Below are positions 63,767 to 64,000 of a stretch of DNA of 64,000 nt, piece after piece. The notes under the pieces are model-generated. The model ran no database searches and was not told the origin of the DNA. It worked only from the letters and a program-made list of their open reading frames with translations. This DNA comes from Ostrea edulis. Its lineage: Eukaryota. The stretch is from positions 31,000,001 to 31,064,000 of the forward strand of contig NC_079169.1 in the NCBI RefSeq assembly GCF_947568905.1. The letters run 5' to 3'. Position numbers and translations under genes: made by a program. Position 1 is the stretch's first letter; each line of letters starts with the position of its first letter.

Positions 63767-64000
63767 GGTATCAGGAGAACTCGTACCCAGAAATTTGGGT
63801 ACGAGTTCTCCTGGAGAGGTTGTACCCCGGTACGACTTCTCCAGGAGAACTCGTATCCGGGAACGAGTTCTCCAAAAGAAGTCATACCCATCAATATCTG
63901 GGTATGAGTTCTCCTGGAGAAAAACTTGTCAATTGTATTATAAAAATCTGGGTACGAGTTCCCCTGCAGAGAAAACTTTGTCATTTCTGTCATAAAAATC

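Overview
AT-rich, intron-rich eukaryotic DNA, inferred to be an ostreid oyster (Crassostrea, Ostrea or Saccostrea). The inference rests on Cg170/HindIII-like ~166-bp satellite monomers inside Helentron-type non-autonomous elements and on mollusc-type tRNA-SINEs. No database search was run. Five host genes were reconstructed by hand, all on the minus strand: the 5' part of a sialin/SLC17A5-like transporter, a complete 6-exon CENP-O, an intronless GT31 beta-1,3-galactosyltransferase, a 2-exon basic-IDR + beta-propeller protein, and the 3' six exons of a Slo2/KCNT channel. The centre holds an apparently intact autonomous ISL2EU (PIF/Harbinger-related) transposon, with a THAP-HTH-DDE transposase facing an 8-exon SAP-SWIM-YqaJ exonuclease gene. 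The most striking feature is a ~9-kb array of ~270 x 33-bp units that is a tandem amplification of the SLC17 exon-2/intron-2 junction. Nearly every unit carries a GTAAGT splice donor and encodes an 11-aa N-glycosylation sequon repeat in frame, but a 1-bp deletion in unit 2 cuts this frame off from the gene. Also notable are a family of 77-102-bp near-perfect fold-back insertions with 9-10-bp TSDs, an in-frame duplicate of the KCNT C-terminus behind the stop codon, and many nested mobile elements. Most ORF-track entries are artefacts of repeats.
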